From positions 44,826,001-44,890,000 of the forward strand of contig NC_043008.1 in NCBI RefSeq assembly GCF_006345805.1: a stretch of 64,000 bases of DNA, read 5' to 3'. The stretch is from Octopus sinensis (lineage: Eukaryota). Below the pieces are notes generated by a model that was not told the origin of the DNA, made no database searches, and saw only the letters and a program-made list of their open reading frames with translations. This document shows, piece by piece, positions 1 to 12,774 of this stretch. Position numbers and translations under genes: made by a program. Numbering within the stretch: the first letter of the stretch is position 1; each line of letters begins with the position of its first letter.

Positions 1-319
1 ATTGTGTGTCCAAGAATTCTACCAGATTGTCACATCCAAACTAATATTAGTTAACCACAAGATTGAAAGATTAATGAGTTGTGTTCACCAGGCTAAGTAT
101 ATTTACAGTGTGTACGAATAATTGCATAATAATTGCTATTAAATTAAACTGGTGTACAGGGTAAGTTAGTAATGTAAACCAAAGTTTAATTTCATACAGC
201 TGATAAGAAATATTATAAAAAAGAGAAAAGATACTAACCAGTCAATTGGATATACAAAAAGTTAACTTAGGTTATATGAACAGTAATTGAGAAATATCTA
301 CTTGTATTAATAATTATTG

Positions 320-547
320 TTTTCTACTCTAACCACAAGAACTTAATTTGTTTCTTTTTGTTTTTTGGTGGGGGGGGGAAGTCGATTACATGGAGCCCAG
401 TACGCAAATGGTACTTAATTTATCGACCCCAAAAGGAGGAAAGGCAAAGTCGACCTCGGCTGCATTTGAACTCAGAACGTAAAGACCAACGAAACACCGC
501 TAAGCATTTCGCCCGGTGTACTAAAGTTTCTGCTATTTCATCGCCTT
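320..547 (-). mobile_element. tRNA-headed SINE, family A (degenerate copy)
   Basis: Reverse complement matches the family A head (GGCGGCGAGCTGGCAGAA...GTTCTGAGTTCAAATTCCGCCGAGGTCGACTTTGCCTTTCATCC...GGGGTCGAT) seen in many copies across the window. Confidence 0.8.
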
Positions 548-977
548 AATATTAACAATTATTATTAAAGATAATAAATATATAAGTATCAGTAGTAATA
601 ACACCAATTATAGGGGTGGTGGTGGAGTAGTGGTAATAGTAGCAAATGAATACACTAGGTATGGCAAAGCTACAAACATTAATGACAGTAAACTGATCTT
701 AAGAGCTCAAAAGTAATAAATTGAGATATGGCAGTTAATTCATTTCTTTGTCCACTTGGGTCAAAGGTTTAGCTTGAGCTATTTTTAGAACGATACTACC
801 ATACGGTTGAATAAACAAATAAATAAAAAACAAAAAACTTTTAGGTTGGATTTAATTTCCACTTCGAAGAAGTCTATATATATATATATATATATATATA
901 TCACAAAAGAGGGGTGTATTTCCACGCAGGAGAACAATATAGGAAAATTTGTTGTTGAAAATGTACCTAAGTTTGAA

Positions 978-1848
978 AAACTTGTAATAGTTTAAAATAA
1001 GTTTACTTACAGAATTATGAATTCGAAAAGCATATTTAAAAGGTTCCATGCTGACAAGTTTAAATATTCATAACAGACGAATTTAGAATTATGGATTAGA
1101 AAAAAAATTCGATGTTGATGATTTTAAATGTTCGTAACAGTCAATAATATTAAAACTGTACATCAATCTGTTTGAGTGTACAAAGCCCATTAATGTTAGT
1201 AGTGATCGACAAGAAATGAATATCATCAAAGTTTCAGTCATATTGAGTAAAGAGGGGAAAAAACAAGGGAGAAATGAAGATAGTAAAAAAAGGGAATTGG
1301 TTTACAATTTCTCTGATCCTCTTTCTGTCGTGTGTAGGAACATTCGCTTGTAACGGTGTGTTTTTAGAACCCGGTGTATTTATATTTTTTCAGCGAGCGA
1401 ATCTGATTTTGGATTTGTTAAAATACTGGTGGGGTCTTGTTTTTCCGGTGGTCAAGTTTGTCGTTCTCCTGGTTGGCTTCCCTGTGGGGAACGGTCATCA
1501 GTCGTTGCGGTTGGTTGATTCTCTTAAAGAGTCATTATGCTGCATTTGCGAAAGTTTGGTTTTTGATTAGTCTAGATTTAGGTGACGTCAGGAACTGGTG
1601 CTTGTAAAATTTCACCGTCTTAATATTATTGACTGTTATGAACATTTAAACTTGTCAACATCGTAATTTTTCAACAAGTTTTTCTAATTCATAATTCTAA
1701 ATATTTCTGTAATGAACATTTAAAGTTGTCAACATTGAACCTTTTAAACATGTTTTGTAATTCATAATTCTAAATATTTACCATTGATAAACAAAAAAAT
1801 TTGTTGAAACTAATTTGGTATAAATTTATTTTAAACAATTACAAGTTT
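978..1848. mobile_element. Foldback/MITE-like element with long imperfect inverted arms
   Basis: 978-1152 is the reverse complement of 1620-1848, with an insertion in the right arm (e.g. AGAATTATGAATT/AATTCATAATTCT, ACAGTCAATAATATT/AATATTATTGACTGT). The arms contain internal ~70-80 bp subrepeats. Confidence 0.65.
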
Positions 1849-4254
1849 ATTTACACTAATAATATATCAAAAACCATAAAAATAAACAAGATTATGACAG
1901 TTTTATAGATATTTCAAAATTATGATGCTATGAAGCTAGGTGTTTCCATTCTTTTTCCGACCCCTCTATCTACTCAGTACACGGTAGACTTTAATATATT
2001 ATTTGAGGTCGAACATTAAATCATTTGTATGTTAGCAAATAGAGTATTAAAAATTATTCGCAACATATTGACTGCTACGTTACGAGTAATTTACACTATA
2101 CTTCAATCATTTTACGGCGGCTGCGCAATTGTGCGGTCCTGAAGAGTATTTCACTTTTAAAACATCCCAACCTATTACATATTTCAATGCTGTCGAAAGG
2201 CTAACTTTACATTTTTGTGACGCAATGACACGATTTAACCCAATTGCATATTCTTCACAAAAACATTAGTATGTTCCGAAAAATGCACATAAAATTTATA
2301 TCAGTCACCATTTGAAGTGAAATCTCTTAGACAGAAACTGTGTATAGTCCCGGCTGTATGTATTTGTACGTGGAGATGTGCATATGTTTTGGGTGGTATA
2401 TATCCATGCACTTCACTATAAAGCTCTTGCCTGAGATATCCTCGAAGAGAGCCAAATCCGGAACTACAGAATTAAGAAGCGAATGTTAAGCCCAAGAAAA
2501 CGACAGCGTCTATTTGTTAAGAATTTCAACATAATTAGTCACAGAAGTCCTGAACACACACCTCATCGTCATCTTCGTCATACGAAATAACATTTTATTC
2601 AGCTTCCATTTTATTATTCTGTTTTCTTTCAGCAAGAGTCTATATATTTGAATAACAAATAAATGACATCTAGTGATTTACATGTGACGTTAGAAAATGA
2701 GATTTACAAACAAATATCCGTTGCATCCGTAATCCTTAGCAACATCACTCTAACAAATTTTGCTAACTCTTCAATGTGATGTGAACCATGAATCCAGTCG
2801 ATGCTATTAGAATGTTTAAGCGGACCTCGTAATTCGGGAGCTGATCTTCTGCTCGTTGCATAACATGTCTGGCTCGTGTAATTTTATTGAATTACTGCCA
2901 TAGACTGTTATCTAATCTGCATTTGAATGATTAGCGGCGAATAAAAAAATATTTAATTATAACATCATTTATTCTGCTTCGTTCAACAAACAATGGACAC
3001 ATTTAGATAGAATGGATAATATTAATTATTCAACTTGAATTCAGATGTTTCCAAACGACACACAATAGAAGTGGTGCGAGTGATACTTCTATTGTTCAAA
3101 TTATTTACATTGTCTCTAATCAGAAACAAGCGTATAATTTCGACTCGGTGTAATATTGATTTGTCATATTAAAACAAGGTCACATATATGTAGGGAAGGA
3201 TGTATTAATTCGATTAAAACATTCCCAGTACACTACAGTTACAAGTTTTATCGGCCATGAATATATCAACGTTGATCCCAGCAGAATAAGAACTAAGAAA
3301 TTACAAATGCGAATATGGTATTTTGGAATGACATTCCATTTAACCGTTTCCATCAACTGTTCACTGAAGCCTGCTCAGCATATCCTTGCCTAGCTTTCTA
3401 CAATGGCTGTAAGTTCAAAATTTCCACGGTTGCAACTGTCACACCACAGGCACAATTTAAGCTGGAAACACAAGGAGCTGCAATAGATACCGGAAAGTAG
3501 CTCGTCCGACAATTCAGACATTTCTGGTTTGGTGGATGTTTAGCGACCAAATATATTTGAAAGGCAAAATGAACCTGAATTGAGAGAGCAAAGATCCAGA
3601 ATGACATTTTCCAACATGTTCTTTTCAAAGACCCTAACAACTCTACAAGTTCTACCCTTTCACATCTCAAATAAACACTGGAAATCATTAGTTGAATACC
3701 CCTTTATATTTGACAGGGATACATTCCTGCATCGGAATAGACTAAATTTTTATGGAATTATAATGTAATGTGAGTTTAGAACGCAAAAGCTCGTTATTAC
3801 AATTTACCAAAGCTTTCTTGTTCGTAACTTCTAAATTCTGTTAATGCCCATACACTTGGAATATAATTGTAAATAATTCTGAGCCTAAATAAGTTCTCCA
3901 AATACGATTCTAGAGCTTCCTTAATCTACCGATGTTATATATTTTCTAAAATTCCCTCATATTCATAGCTAGGGTTTTACACATTTTACATGTGTCCGTA
4001 AATATGTGTTTATGTATATATATTCTCTTCTGCTTTTAATTACTTGAAATTCTGCTATATCGAAGGCACAAAGTTCCATCTCAAACAAAGTAATGTCACA
4101 TATCGAACTTTAGTAAAGTATTGCATAGCTTTACTCTTCCACTTACAAGTTATATTTGTAATCTGCAAATTAACTGGTTAATTTGTTTTGAGTTTTTTCT
4201 CTTCTTTTTTAAACTCTAGCTCATCCAGACTGTCACATTGGCCTCTACTCACCA

Positions 4255-4302
<48 letters not shown>

Positions 4303-4306
<4 letters not shown>

Positions 4307-4471
4307 GAAAGAGGACAAGAAACGCCGAGGCATAACAAGCATCTTCGGTCATATACATTGTTTTATATTATTCTTAAATTAGTTGAGGCCTTACAGCTGT
4401 TTCTGGGATATTCCAAATGATAGGCGAGTATGCGTGAATATGGGGTATTCCATCATCAGAGACAAGTAGAG

Positions 4472-4474
<3 letters not shown>
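4303..4474 (-). mobile_element. ~170-bp (TA)n-embedded element carrying a hammerhead motif (Penelope pLTR/retrozyme-like)
   Basis: Unique sequence bounded by (TA)n on both sides (4256-4302 and 4475-4502); contains the hammerhead at 4388-4463. Confidence 0.65.
4388..4463 (-). ncRNA. Type I hammerhead ribozyme motif with intact catalytic core
   Basis: Minus strand reads GUCU-CUGAUGA-[UGGAAUACCCCA...UGGAAUAUCCCA, stem II with mismatches]-GAAA-CAGCUG-UA-AGGC. Stem I is GUCU/AGGC, stem III is the palindrome ACAGCUGU, cleavage triplet is GUA. Confidence 0.75.
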
Positions 4475-4520
<46 letters not shown>

Positions 4521-4569
4521 ATGTGTGTGTATATATATATGCATACACACACACACACACGCATATATA

Positions 4570-4740
4570 TATAGATTTATACGTCTAACTTCTTTTCCTG
4601 TTTTCTGTTTACCAAATCCACCCACAAGAATTTGGTTGGTCCGAGGCTATCGTGGAAAACATTTTCCAAATTTACCATGTAATGGGAATGAACCCACACT
4701 AGTTGCTTCGAAACCAAGCTACTTACCACACAACCACAAC
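4570..4740 (-). mobile_element. SINE family B, degenerate 5' part
   Basis: Similar to the 5' half of the full copies at 13158-13570 and 31985-32407 (CAAGCTACTTACCACACA, TACCAAATCCAC). Confidence 0.65.
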
Positions 4741-5324
4741 TGATAAATTCCTTTTCATGCCACTGTATTCCTCGGAATAATATTGATAATGGGTCAATTT
4801 TCCCGTCACATACTCAGAGAATTATATCATACCCTTGACATTAATGTAATTTCTGTTTCCAAAGTGTTAAAGTTTGCGCATTAATATCAAATAACGCCCC
4901 TATCTTCCTTATAAATATAACACATTTATCAGGGAACTTATATTGGAAATGCCTTGTGAACTCATACTGTGAAGTTTGATTACGATAGCACAAGAGAGCC
5001 GAGTAATAAACAGGTTTTAGCAAAGATTATACCGAAAATGAAATATTTATGACAATCCACGTTCAGCAGAACATGACAAAAAATGAAATGATATATAGTT
5101 ATTGAGAGCTTTGAATAATAACAATATTCTTCAGAAGAATATTTGCCATTCCCTTTTTAGTTTGCGTTATTGCACCAAATTAAAAATGGATGAAAAAAAT
5201 GAACTGATAAATACTATATAAAACTAATATATTTGGTGTACAATGTTCCCCCCAAAAAATATATTTTGAAAGTAGTATTGCTTTTCTCTTAATATATGTT
5301 GTTATTCATGTTTCAATTTCGCCC

Positions 5325-5625
<301 letters not shown>

Positions 5626-5811
5626 TGCTCTATGTGCCACAGAACACCATATAGATAATCTTAGAATCAAGAAGGCAGACGGTCTTTTGTAAACAAGACA
5701 AAAACTATATGACGCGTATGATTTCTCTAACAACACAAGTCTGCGTATGTTACCCACCATTTTCATATATATGAGGAAAAATATCTCAATGGCACCTTAA
5801 ACGAACCCTGT

Positions 5812-6435
5812 AAAAGGCAAAGTCGGCCTCGGCGGAATTTGAACTCAGAACGTAACGGCGGACGAAATACCACTAAGCATTTCGCCCGGCGTGCAAACGA
5901 TTCTGCCAGCTCACCGCCTTGTTGCAAAGATAATATTAGCACAAAGATTGGAGTATGTGGAATGAACACGATTATATTGTGTAGACAGCGCCGTGCTGTA
6001 AGAATCTTGCAACCGAAACACTTGTCACGGCTTCGATCCCACTGTATGACACAGCCTCTTTTTTTTTTGTTTATCACTTCTTCAAATGTTTCCCACATTT
6101 TCTTCCCCCTAAGTATCTCTCCTGTCCTTAAAATCACTCTCTAGTATATTTTTTCTACTCCTTTGCACGATCGTTTCCAGTCCATTTACTCAAATGTTTA
6201 TCTTTGCCGCATCTCTTCATTTAAATCTATAATTTTCTCGCTTCTTATTTCATGCATTTCTCTGCAACAATATATTCGTGTTCATTCCACATACACCCAT
6301 CTTTGTGCTAATATTATCTTTACAATAAGGCGGCGAGCTGGCAGAATCGTTAGCACGCCGGGCGAAATGGTTAGCGATATTTCGTCCGCCGTTACGTTCT
6401 GAGTTCAAATTCCGCCGAGGCCGACATTGCCTTTC
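5812..6435. repeat. Local inverted duplication of ~175 bp (SINE A head plus unique flank)
   Basis: 5812-5987 is the reverse complement of ~6260-6435, including the non-SINE flank AAAGATAATATTAGCACAAAGAT...TATGTGGAATGAACACGA. Confidence 0.85.
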
Positions 6436-6710
6436 ATCCTTTCGGGGTCGATTAAATAAGTACCAGTTACGCACTTGCGTCGATATAATCGACATAATCC
6501 GTTTGCCTGTGTTTAGCCCCTTGTGGGTAGTAAAGAAATAGGTATTTTGTCTGTCTTTATGTTCTGAGTTTAAATTTCACCAACTTCGACTTTTGCTTTC
6601 ATCCTTTCGGGGTCAATAAGTTAAGTACCAGTTGCGTACTGGGGTCGATCTAATCGACTGGTCCCCCCTCCAAAAATTTCAGACCTTGTGCCTCGAGTAC
6701 AAAAGTATAT
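6329..6710 (+). mobile_element. SINE family A, dimeric (full unit plus 5'-truncated second unit)
   Basis: A-box-like TGGCAGAATCGTT and B-box-like GAGTTCAAATTCC; the body repeats from 6541 with a different tail. The same dimer layout occurs at 22641 and 37610. Confidence 0.85.
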
Positions 6711-7895
6711 TTTCTCTAAAATAATTAGTGAAAACCGTTTAAACAACCTTCTCTGTGGCACTCCACTTTTACCGTAGAATAATGACTAAACTTTTCTCCT
6801 CTCAATAATTTTGTGTTAGGAAACCCAACAAAGATTCCTTCATATTTATTCATAAATAAAATATCTTGCTGTGATGTCCAACTGAGCTGAAGTTGATTTT
6901 TATTCGTTTTCGTGTCTCATTTGACTGTGGTTTGTATTGCAGTTTTTCCTTTGAGATTTTTCATTTACATTTTATGATAATAGTTGGAAGCGAATTATTA
7001 AAGAATGTTTCTTTTCTATTTTAGCTCTTTGAACTTCTCTGTATTCACAATATCTAATGAGCTGTAAATTATATTGTTCTAGTTTTTTCCCCCTTGTTTT
7101 AGTGGCCGCTATTTATAAATCATGAAATTTTAAATTGTGGTGAATAAACATTAAGACCCACGCGTAATCAAGGAAAATAAAACATTGTAATACCTTCTTG
7201 AAAATACCACAATTTTGTTCTCATTCACGTTTGTTGCCTCACTGTTTCACTTATTACACTAATGTCTCATTGATGAATACTGTAGCAAATATTTTCCTAA
7301 TTTCATTCAAATATTATTTTATCGACAATTATAAAGTACTTCCGAAGAAGAGATGAAACAAATTTCTTCGCTACGAAAGTAATTATTCTTTCCCTTCTCA
7401 CTTAATTAGCACAACACATAATTTGCCGAATATAGAGTTAATTCATATATGTTTCGTGTTCCTCTGTCTGTCCGTATATCTGTCTGTTATACGTTATAGA
7501 CAGATAGATATTATTTTCATGTAATTTATTCAGAGAAATAAAATGATATTAACAGTTGATATTCTTAATTCAATCATCGAATCAAAGCAAGGAAAAATAA
7601 ATTTTGTGGTTTAGTTTCGGTCAACATATATTTGTTTCCTAATTCGCCATTAAAAATAATGGTAGTGAATATTCTACGAGCACGTGATCAGAGATGAAAC
7701 GGCAAGATAAAGCCAGGGGGTCTGGAATAAGGAGAAACACAATAAAAATAATGGAAACATTACCTGAAGTCAATAGAGAAGTGAGTCCACTTGTAAACTT
7801 CCTTCTGTTTAGTGAAATTATTTCTTTGTGCCACTTCAATCTATTTTGCACAATCATCCGGTCGGTAAAACAACAAATTTGTTTCTTTCGTTTAA

Positions 7896-8102
7896 CCCAT
7901 TAAATCCCACTGTCCTATAAATAGGACACTAAATGAGAACCTTAAATAAGCTATATCACATTGTCCCAGTGTCCTATTTATAAGACACCGAGTATTTCCA
8001 TTTCTACTTGAATATTTTTTTTTTCATTTTAACCATCTGTAAATCATCTGTAAACATTTAAAAGTAATATTCAGAAATGCAAGTACTCCGGGATTTAATG
8101 GG
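7896..8102. mobile_element. piggyBac-type MITE
   Basis: TTAA|CCCATTAAATCCC ... GGGATTTAATGGG|TTAA: perfect 13-bp TIRs beginning CCC with a TTAA target duplication; internal palindromes; no ORF. Confidence 0.88.
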
Positions 8103-8105
8103 TTA

Positions 8106-8184
8106 AGGGAAATACATGTAAATAGATGTTTGAGGGAAATACATGTAAACAGGTTTAAAGGAAATACATGTAAATACATGTTAC
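8106..8184. repeat. Short tandem repeat, three units of ~26 bp with core GGAAATACATGTAAA
   Basis: Directly visible next to the MITE. Confidence 0.8.
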
Positions 8185-8578
8185 TTTCCAGTTAATTGAG
8201 TGTTGATGAAGAATAATTGTGATTTTTTTAAAAATAAAGACATGAAAATATTCATCATCGCAATAAAAATAATCCAGAGAAAATTACCATTTATTATAGT
8301 TTATGAATGGGGTAGCAATGGGTATAATGAGGAATTCACCGACAGATTATTTGGCAGCAGTGCCAATGCTATGCGTATTACTCTTGCCTATATCTGCAGA
8401 GCACAATGGTCCGACGAGTGTATATATTATATTAATAGATGTATGCAAGTATGGTGAATTGAAGGGGAATTCAGGTTTCTCACACCCTGCTGTTTTCGAC
8501 TGCAGTAAACTGACTTGGCATCTCTGACAAAGAATTTATTGAGCATTTGTATATGTGCCAGACTTGAAAACTACATAA

Positions 8579-8905
8579 AAAAAAGACTTCGTCGGTTACG
8601 ACGACGAGGGTCCCAGCTGATACGATCAACGGAACAGCTTGCTCGTGAAATTAACGTGCAAATGGCTGAGCATTCCACAGACACATGTACCCTTAACGTA
8701 GTTCTCGGGGATAATCAGCGTGACACAGAGAGTGACAAGGCTGACCCTTTGAAATACAAGTACAACTCATTTTTGCCAGCTGAGTGGACTGGAGCAACGT
8801 GAAATAAAGTGTCTTGCTCAAGGACACAACGCGTCGCCGGGAATCGAAATCACAACCTTACGATCATGAGCCGAATGCCCTAACCACTAAGCCACGCGCC
8901 CTCAC
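8579..8905 (-). mobile_element. tRNA-headed CORE-like SINE (family C), full length with TSD
   Basis: Head GTGGCTTAGTGGTTAGGGC...TTTCGATTCCC, then CORE-like GTGTCCTTGAGCAAGACACTTT; 13-bp TSD GAAAACTACATAA at 8566-8578 and 8906-8918. Confidence 0.9.
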
Positions 8906-9399
8906 GAAAACTACATAAGTGATGGGGTCGAATTGATTCAGTAAATTACTCTAGTGCATTGCCCCAGCGTGGCCGCCGTCCAAGTACTAAAACAATTAGC
9001 AAAACAATAATGTTAAATAGAAGATATTTAACATTAGTTTGCCCTGTTACCGCTGAGTTTTCTGAACAGCTACCCTGCTAGGACTCTGTCTTTAAGAAGT
9101 GTTACTTCGAGCCAATTAATTTGCACCACAATTATTTTATTGATCTTTACATATTGATTGGTTTAACGAATAGTACCACACAATCGGTTCCATAACATAT
9201 CATTTTGTTCCATGCACGCAACAAATTTCATTGACTAACCTCAACAACGCAGGGTTGTAGTTGAAGATAGCTGTCCAATGAGCCGAGCAGCGGGATTGGT
9301 TCTGGATCGATATGGTTGGGAAGTGAATTGTTTTAGTACCCTCCATACGTTTGTACCCATCTTATTCCAGTTTGTCTCATAGAAATTCTTCATCAAGAA

Positions 9400-9800
9400 A
9401 ACATCTTCGATTATCAGGATGGAAATTGTAACAGTTTAAACAGAGAAGGTGGGAAAGATTTGTGGTGATATAGAGCTGAAAGATCCTGGAAGGACTTGTC
9501 GCAAACTTCGGCGTTGAATGCTGCACTAACACCAGAACATGATACCATCGCATGGTGTCAAAAGTAACACCATTTTCATCAATATACAGGAGAAAATATT
9601 GTAATGGCTTGGGATGCAAGGGTCCACAGTTTTTCAATATTCCCCTGAAAGATGTGAGAGATCTACATGGGGGTAGACGTTGATGCCTATAAATCCGAAC
9701 TGGAACTTTTACTCTCAAGAATCCAGGATGAGCTACCTTTGCGACAGGAAACGCAAATATAGGCAGCAACATTAAATTCCATTCTTTGCCCAAACCAAAT
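9400..9800 (+). mobile_element. CR1/L2-group LINE, decayed ORF2 C-terminal remnant
   Basis: Broken translation QRRWERFVVI..KILEGLVANFG...YCNGLGCKGPQFFNIPLKDVRDLHG.DVDAYKSELE resembles the L.RRRERY...WKI..G.VPN...GP.LFN.LP..R motif pattern of CR1/L2-type ORF2 ends; many stops. Confidence 0.7.
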
Positions 9801-9946
9801 ATTAAAGGAGTATAGGTAACAGTTTGGCAACAACAAATACGGCACTCCAGTATGGACAAACCCATCGAGCTGAATCAAGTAAAAGGGTAAACGATTGCGA
9901 AACAATTCGTCAAGTGCCGAAGGCTGGTTATATTGTTGACGATGCA

Positions 9947-10575
9947 TTTTATTGTATTTTACAAACACATTTGATCGTTTAATTCATAGATAATTCGATA
10001 TAGAGTGTTCTCTTTTGCATGTCTTATATTCAAATTTTATTATTATACACTCAGCAAATCTTTTTAAAAGTTGTTTGTATATATATATGTCAGGACCTAG
10101 ATATGTTTTTATGTGGATGTCTGTATTGTTGGCATGCCTATGTATTCATATGTGTGCGTCTATATATATCTGTAAATAAGCGTGTATGTTTATACTTGCG
10201 CACATACATGCATTTATATGTATGCATGTATTCACTTAGACTTGTATGGATGTGTATTTACGTGCATATTTCCATATACTGTCTACTTTAAAAGTCTGTG
10301 GGGAGTGTGATGCAAGACAGACGTGCAGAGGAGGCTTCCACTTCTTCAATCGATCTGGGAGAGTAAATTGGCTGAAAACATTTCCTTTAATCTTTTCGTA
10401 CCAAGAACTCAGATAAAAGTGAAATGACTGCATGATGAGGGGTGAAATTGCTCAATAGATGGTCAAATTTTACGCAGAGGATTAATCGTATATTGTAATA
10501 GCTGAACCAAATGACATTGCTCGTTGTCTAATTTAGCTTTACATTTGTATGTCTGTGTATTGATTACATAGTGGT

Positions 10576-10633
<58 letters not shown>

Positions 10634-12020
10634 GCTACAATTTTAATGAGTGTTCAACAATTGTTTATAACAGTGAACAGTACACCTGTGTCCCCTCGTA
10701 GATACTTTGTATCAAATTACATATCTGAAGGTATTTGGCACGAAAAAGGACCCAATTAAGCGTCATACATATTCCATGAAGATATTTCGAGGAACTTTCA
10801 CTTCGATAGACTTAATAGCATGCTCTTTGAGAGCGCAACAAATGTGCTTCGGCAGAACAAAAGAATTGAAAAGGTCACAAAAAAATTCAACGCATCGAGA
10901 TTTAATGCGAAAATATAATTATCGAATACATCGGATTTCTGTGGTTTTCCTTTAGAGAGATTAATATTTCTATATAAATCCTGTAGATACACCTGCTCAC
11001 TATGGTACGAGAAGCTTAACAAAGGAATGCGAGTCAATTTTACAGATACATTATATATAAAACAAACAAAATATATTATTATTTTCATTGTATTTCCAAA
11101 AGATTAAAAAGAAACGTTTCACTATTTGAACAAAAGAATGAAGCCAAAATATTTTCTTGCGATTTCCTAGCAAATTTAAAAGAAAATATAATTTTTAGAC
11201 AGAATTGAGAGTTCGTTGATCATGTGATAAAATGTACACACAATGACAACTTAAAGAACAACCTGGAATGAAAAAAACAAGGGAGGAGTGATTAAAGAAA
11301 GTAATAATGAAAAAACAATAAAGAATTCAGTGTTTGATCACCTGCCAATAGTTCATATTTCCTTCTCGAGCTCTTTATTGAATCAACGTTTGAAATATCG
11401 ATTGCGTTCGTAGCCGCGTTCATATTCCTGCAAACAATATTGGCGTATCTCTTATGTAATTTTCGTGGATGTAAAGATTTATTGTCGTCGTCGTCGTTAT
11501 CGTCGTCGTAGAGAACAATACAGTTTGAATGTTGATTCTAAGTTCAATAATTTTATTCGTTTCGATAATATAGGCTGATGTTCAATAAGACAATATACAC
11601 CAGCAAAGTCGTGGCGTAATAGAAAATAAATTACCAATAGAAACGCGTTTCCTAACTTAACATCGAATTATTACTTTTACTTCTTACACACACACACACA
11701 TGTATATATATATATATTTTTTCATACACACACGCATACATATATATATATATACATATGTATATATATAAATATAGATGCATATATATATGCCTCTATA
11801 TTTTTGTGTGTATGTATGTATGCATGTATATATTCTCCGTCTTTTTATTCTCTCTATGTTTATTTCTTCGTGTTCCTTTCTGCTGAAGAGCGTACGCTTG
11901 AAACGTAAAAGACATTCTCACCTCCCCGGGCGTCAAGCTAATACCCATGTTTGTTGTTTACACACCTGTCTTCGACTTTTATTTTCCTGTAAATTTCAAC
12001 TATATACACGCAGAGACACA

Positions 12021-12061
<41 letters not shown>

Positions 12062-12148
12062 ATGTATGTATGTATGTATGTATGTATGTATACATATCGA
12101 TATATACACATATATATATGTATGTATTTATGCATATATTTAAGTGTG

Positions 12149-12183
<35 letters not shown>

Positions 12184-12706
12184 ATATATATATATAATGT
12201 TGGCTAACAATATACCATGTGGATAGTATATATTTTTTTATTCTTGAACTAGGTTTTAATCACACTGTTGGACTTGTATCTTACCATACATGATTTATTT
12301 CGCTTCGCACAGATATTGTATTATTTCGACATATTTCTTAAGAAAACCTTCGACTGTTATATGCATATAGTATTTTCATGCTTAAGGTGCTATTTTTATT
12401 TTATATTATTTGATTTTATTGTATTTTATAAACCCATTTGATCGTTTCATTTATAGATAATTCGATATAAGGTGTTCTCTTTTGCATGTCTTTTATCCGA
12501 ATTTTATTATTATACACTCAGCAAATTTTTTAAAAAGTTGTTTTTATATATACGTGAGGACCTAGATATGTTTTTCTGTGAATATCTGTATTGTTGGCAT
12601 GCATATGTATCCATATGCGTGCGTCTATGTATATGTGTAAATAGGCGTCTATGCATGTATTCACTTAGATTTGTGTGGATGTGTATTTACGTGCATATTT
12701 CCATAT
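9947..12706 (+). repeat. Dispersed direct repeat pair (9947-10277 and 12414-12706)
   Basis: Collinear blocks CATTTGATCGTTT...GATAATTCGATATA...GGACCTAGATATG...TTACGTGCATATTTCCATAT, with substitutions and one ~35-bp indel. Confidence 0.85.
11835..12005 (+). mobile_element. (TA)n-associated Penelope-pLTR-like element with variant hammerhead (11876-11911)
   Basis: CTTT-CTGCTGA-A-GAGC-GTAC-GCTT-GAAA-CG-TA-AAAG; same family as 40177-40403 and 40518-40696. Confidence 0.6.
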
Positions 12707-12774
12707 GTTTATATATATGATCTTATATGTGTATTTATGCTCATATATACTTTTGTATACACATATATACATAA

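Noticed and set aside
1274-1570. Hydrophobic 98-aa ORF in the foldback spacer
   Set aside because: T/G-rich composition explains the hydrophobicity; no recognisable domain.
3315-3690. Possible exon (minus-strand acceptor near 3575; AG...GTAAGT micro-exon at 3394-3408)
   Set aside because: Splice-like signals alone are common, and no frame gives a recognisable protein.
8830-8905. tRNA-like sequences with A and B boxes (also near 14400, 25615 and 62910)
   Set aside because: They continue into SINE bodies, most bounded by TSDs, and I see no proper acceptor stem. They are SINE heads, not tRNA genes.
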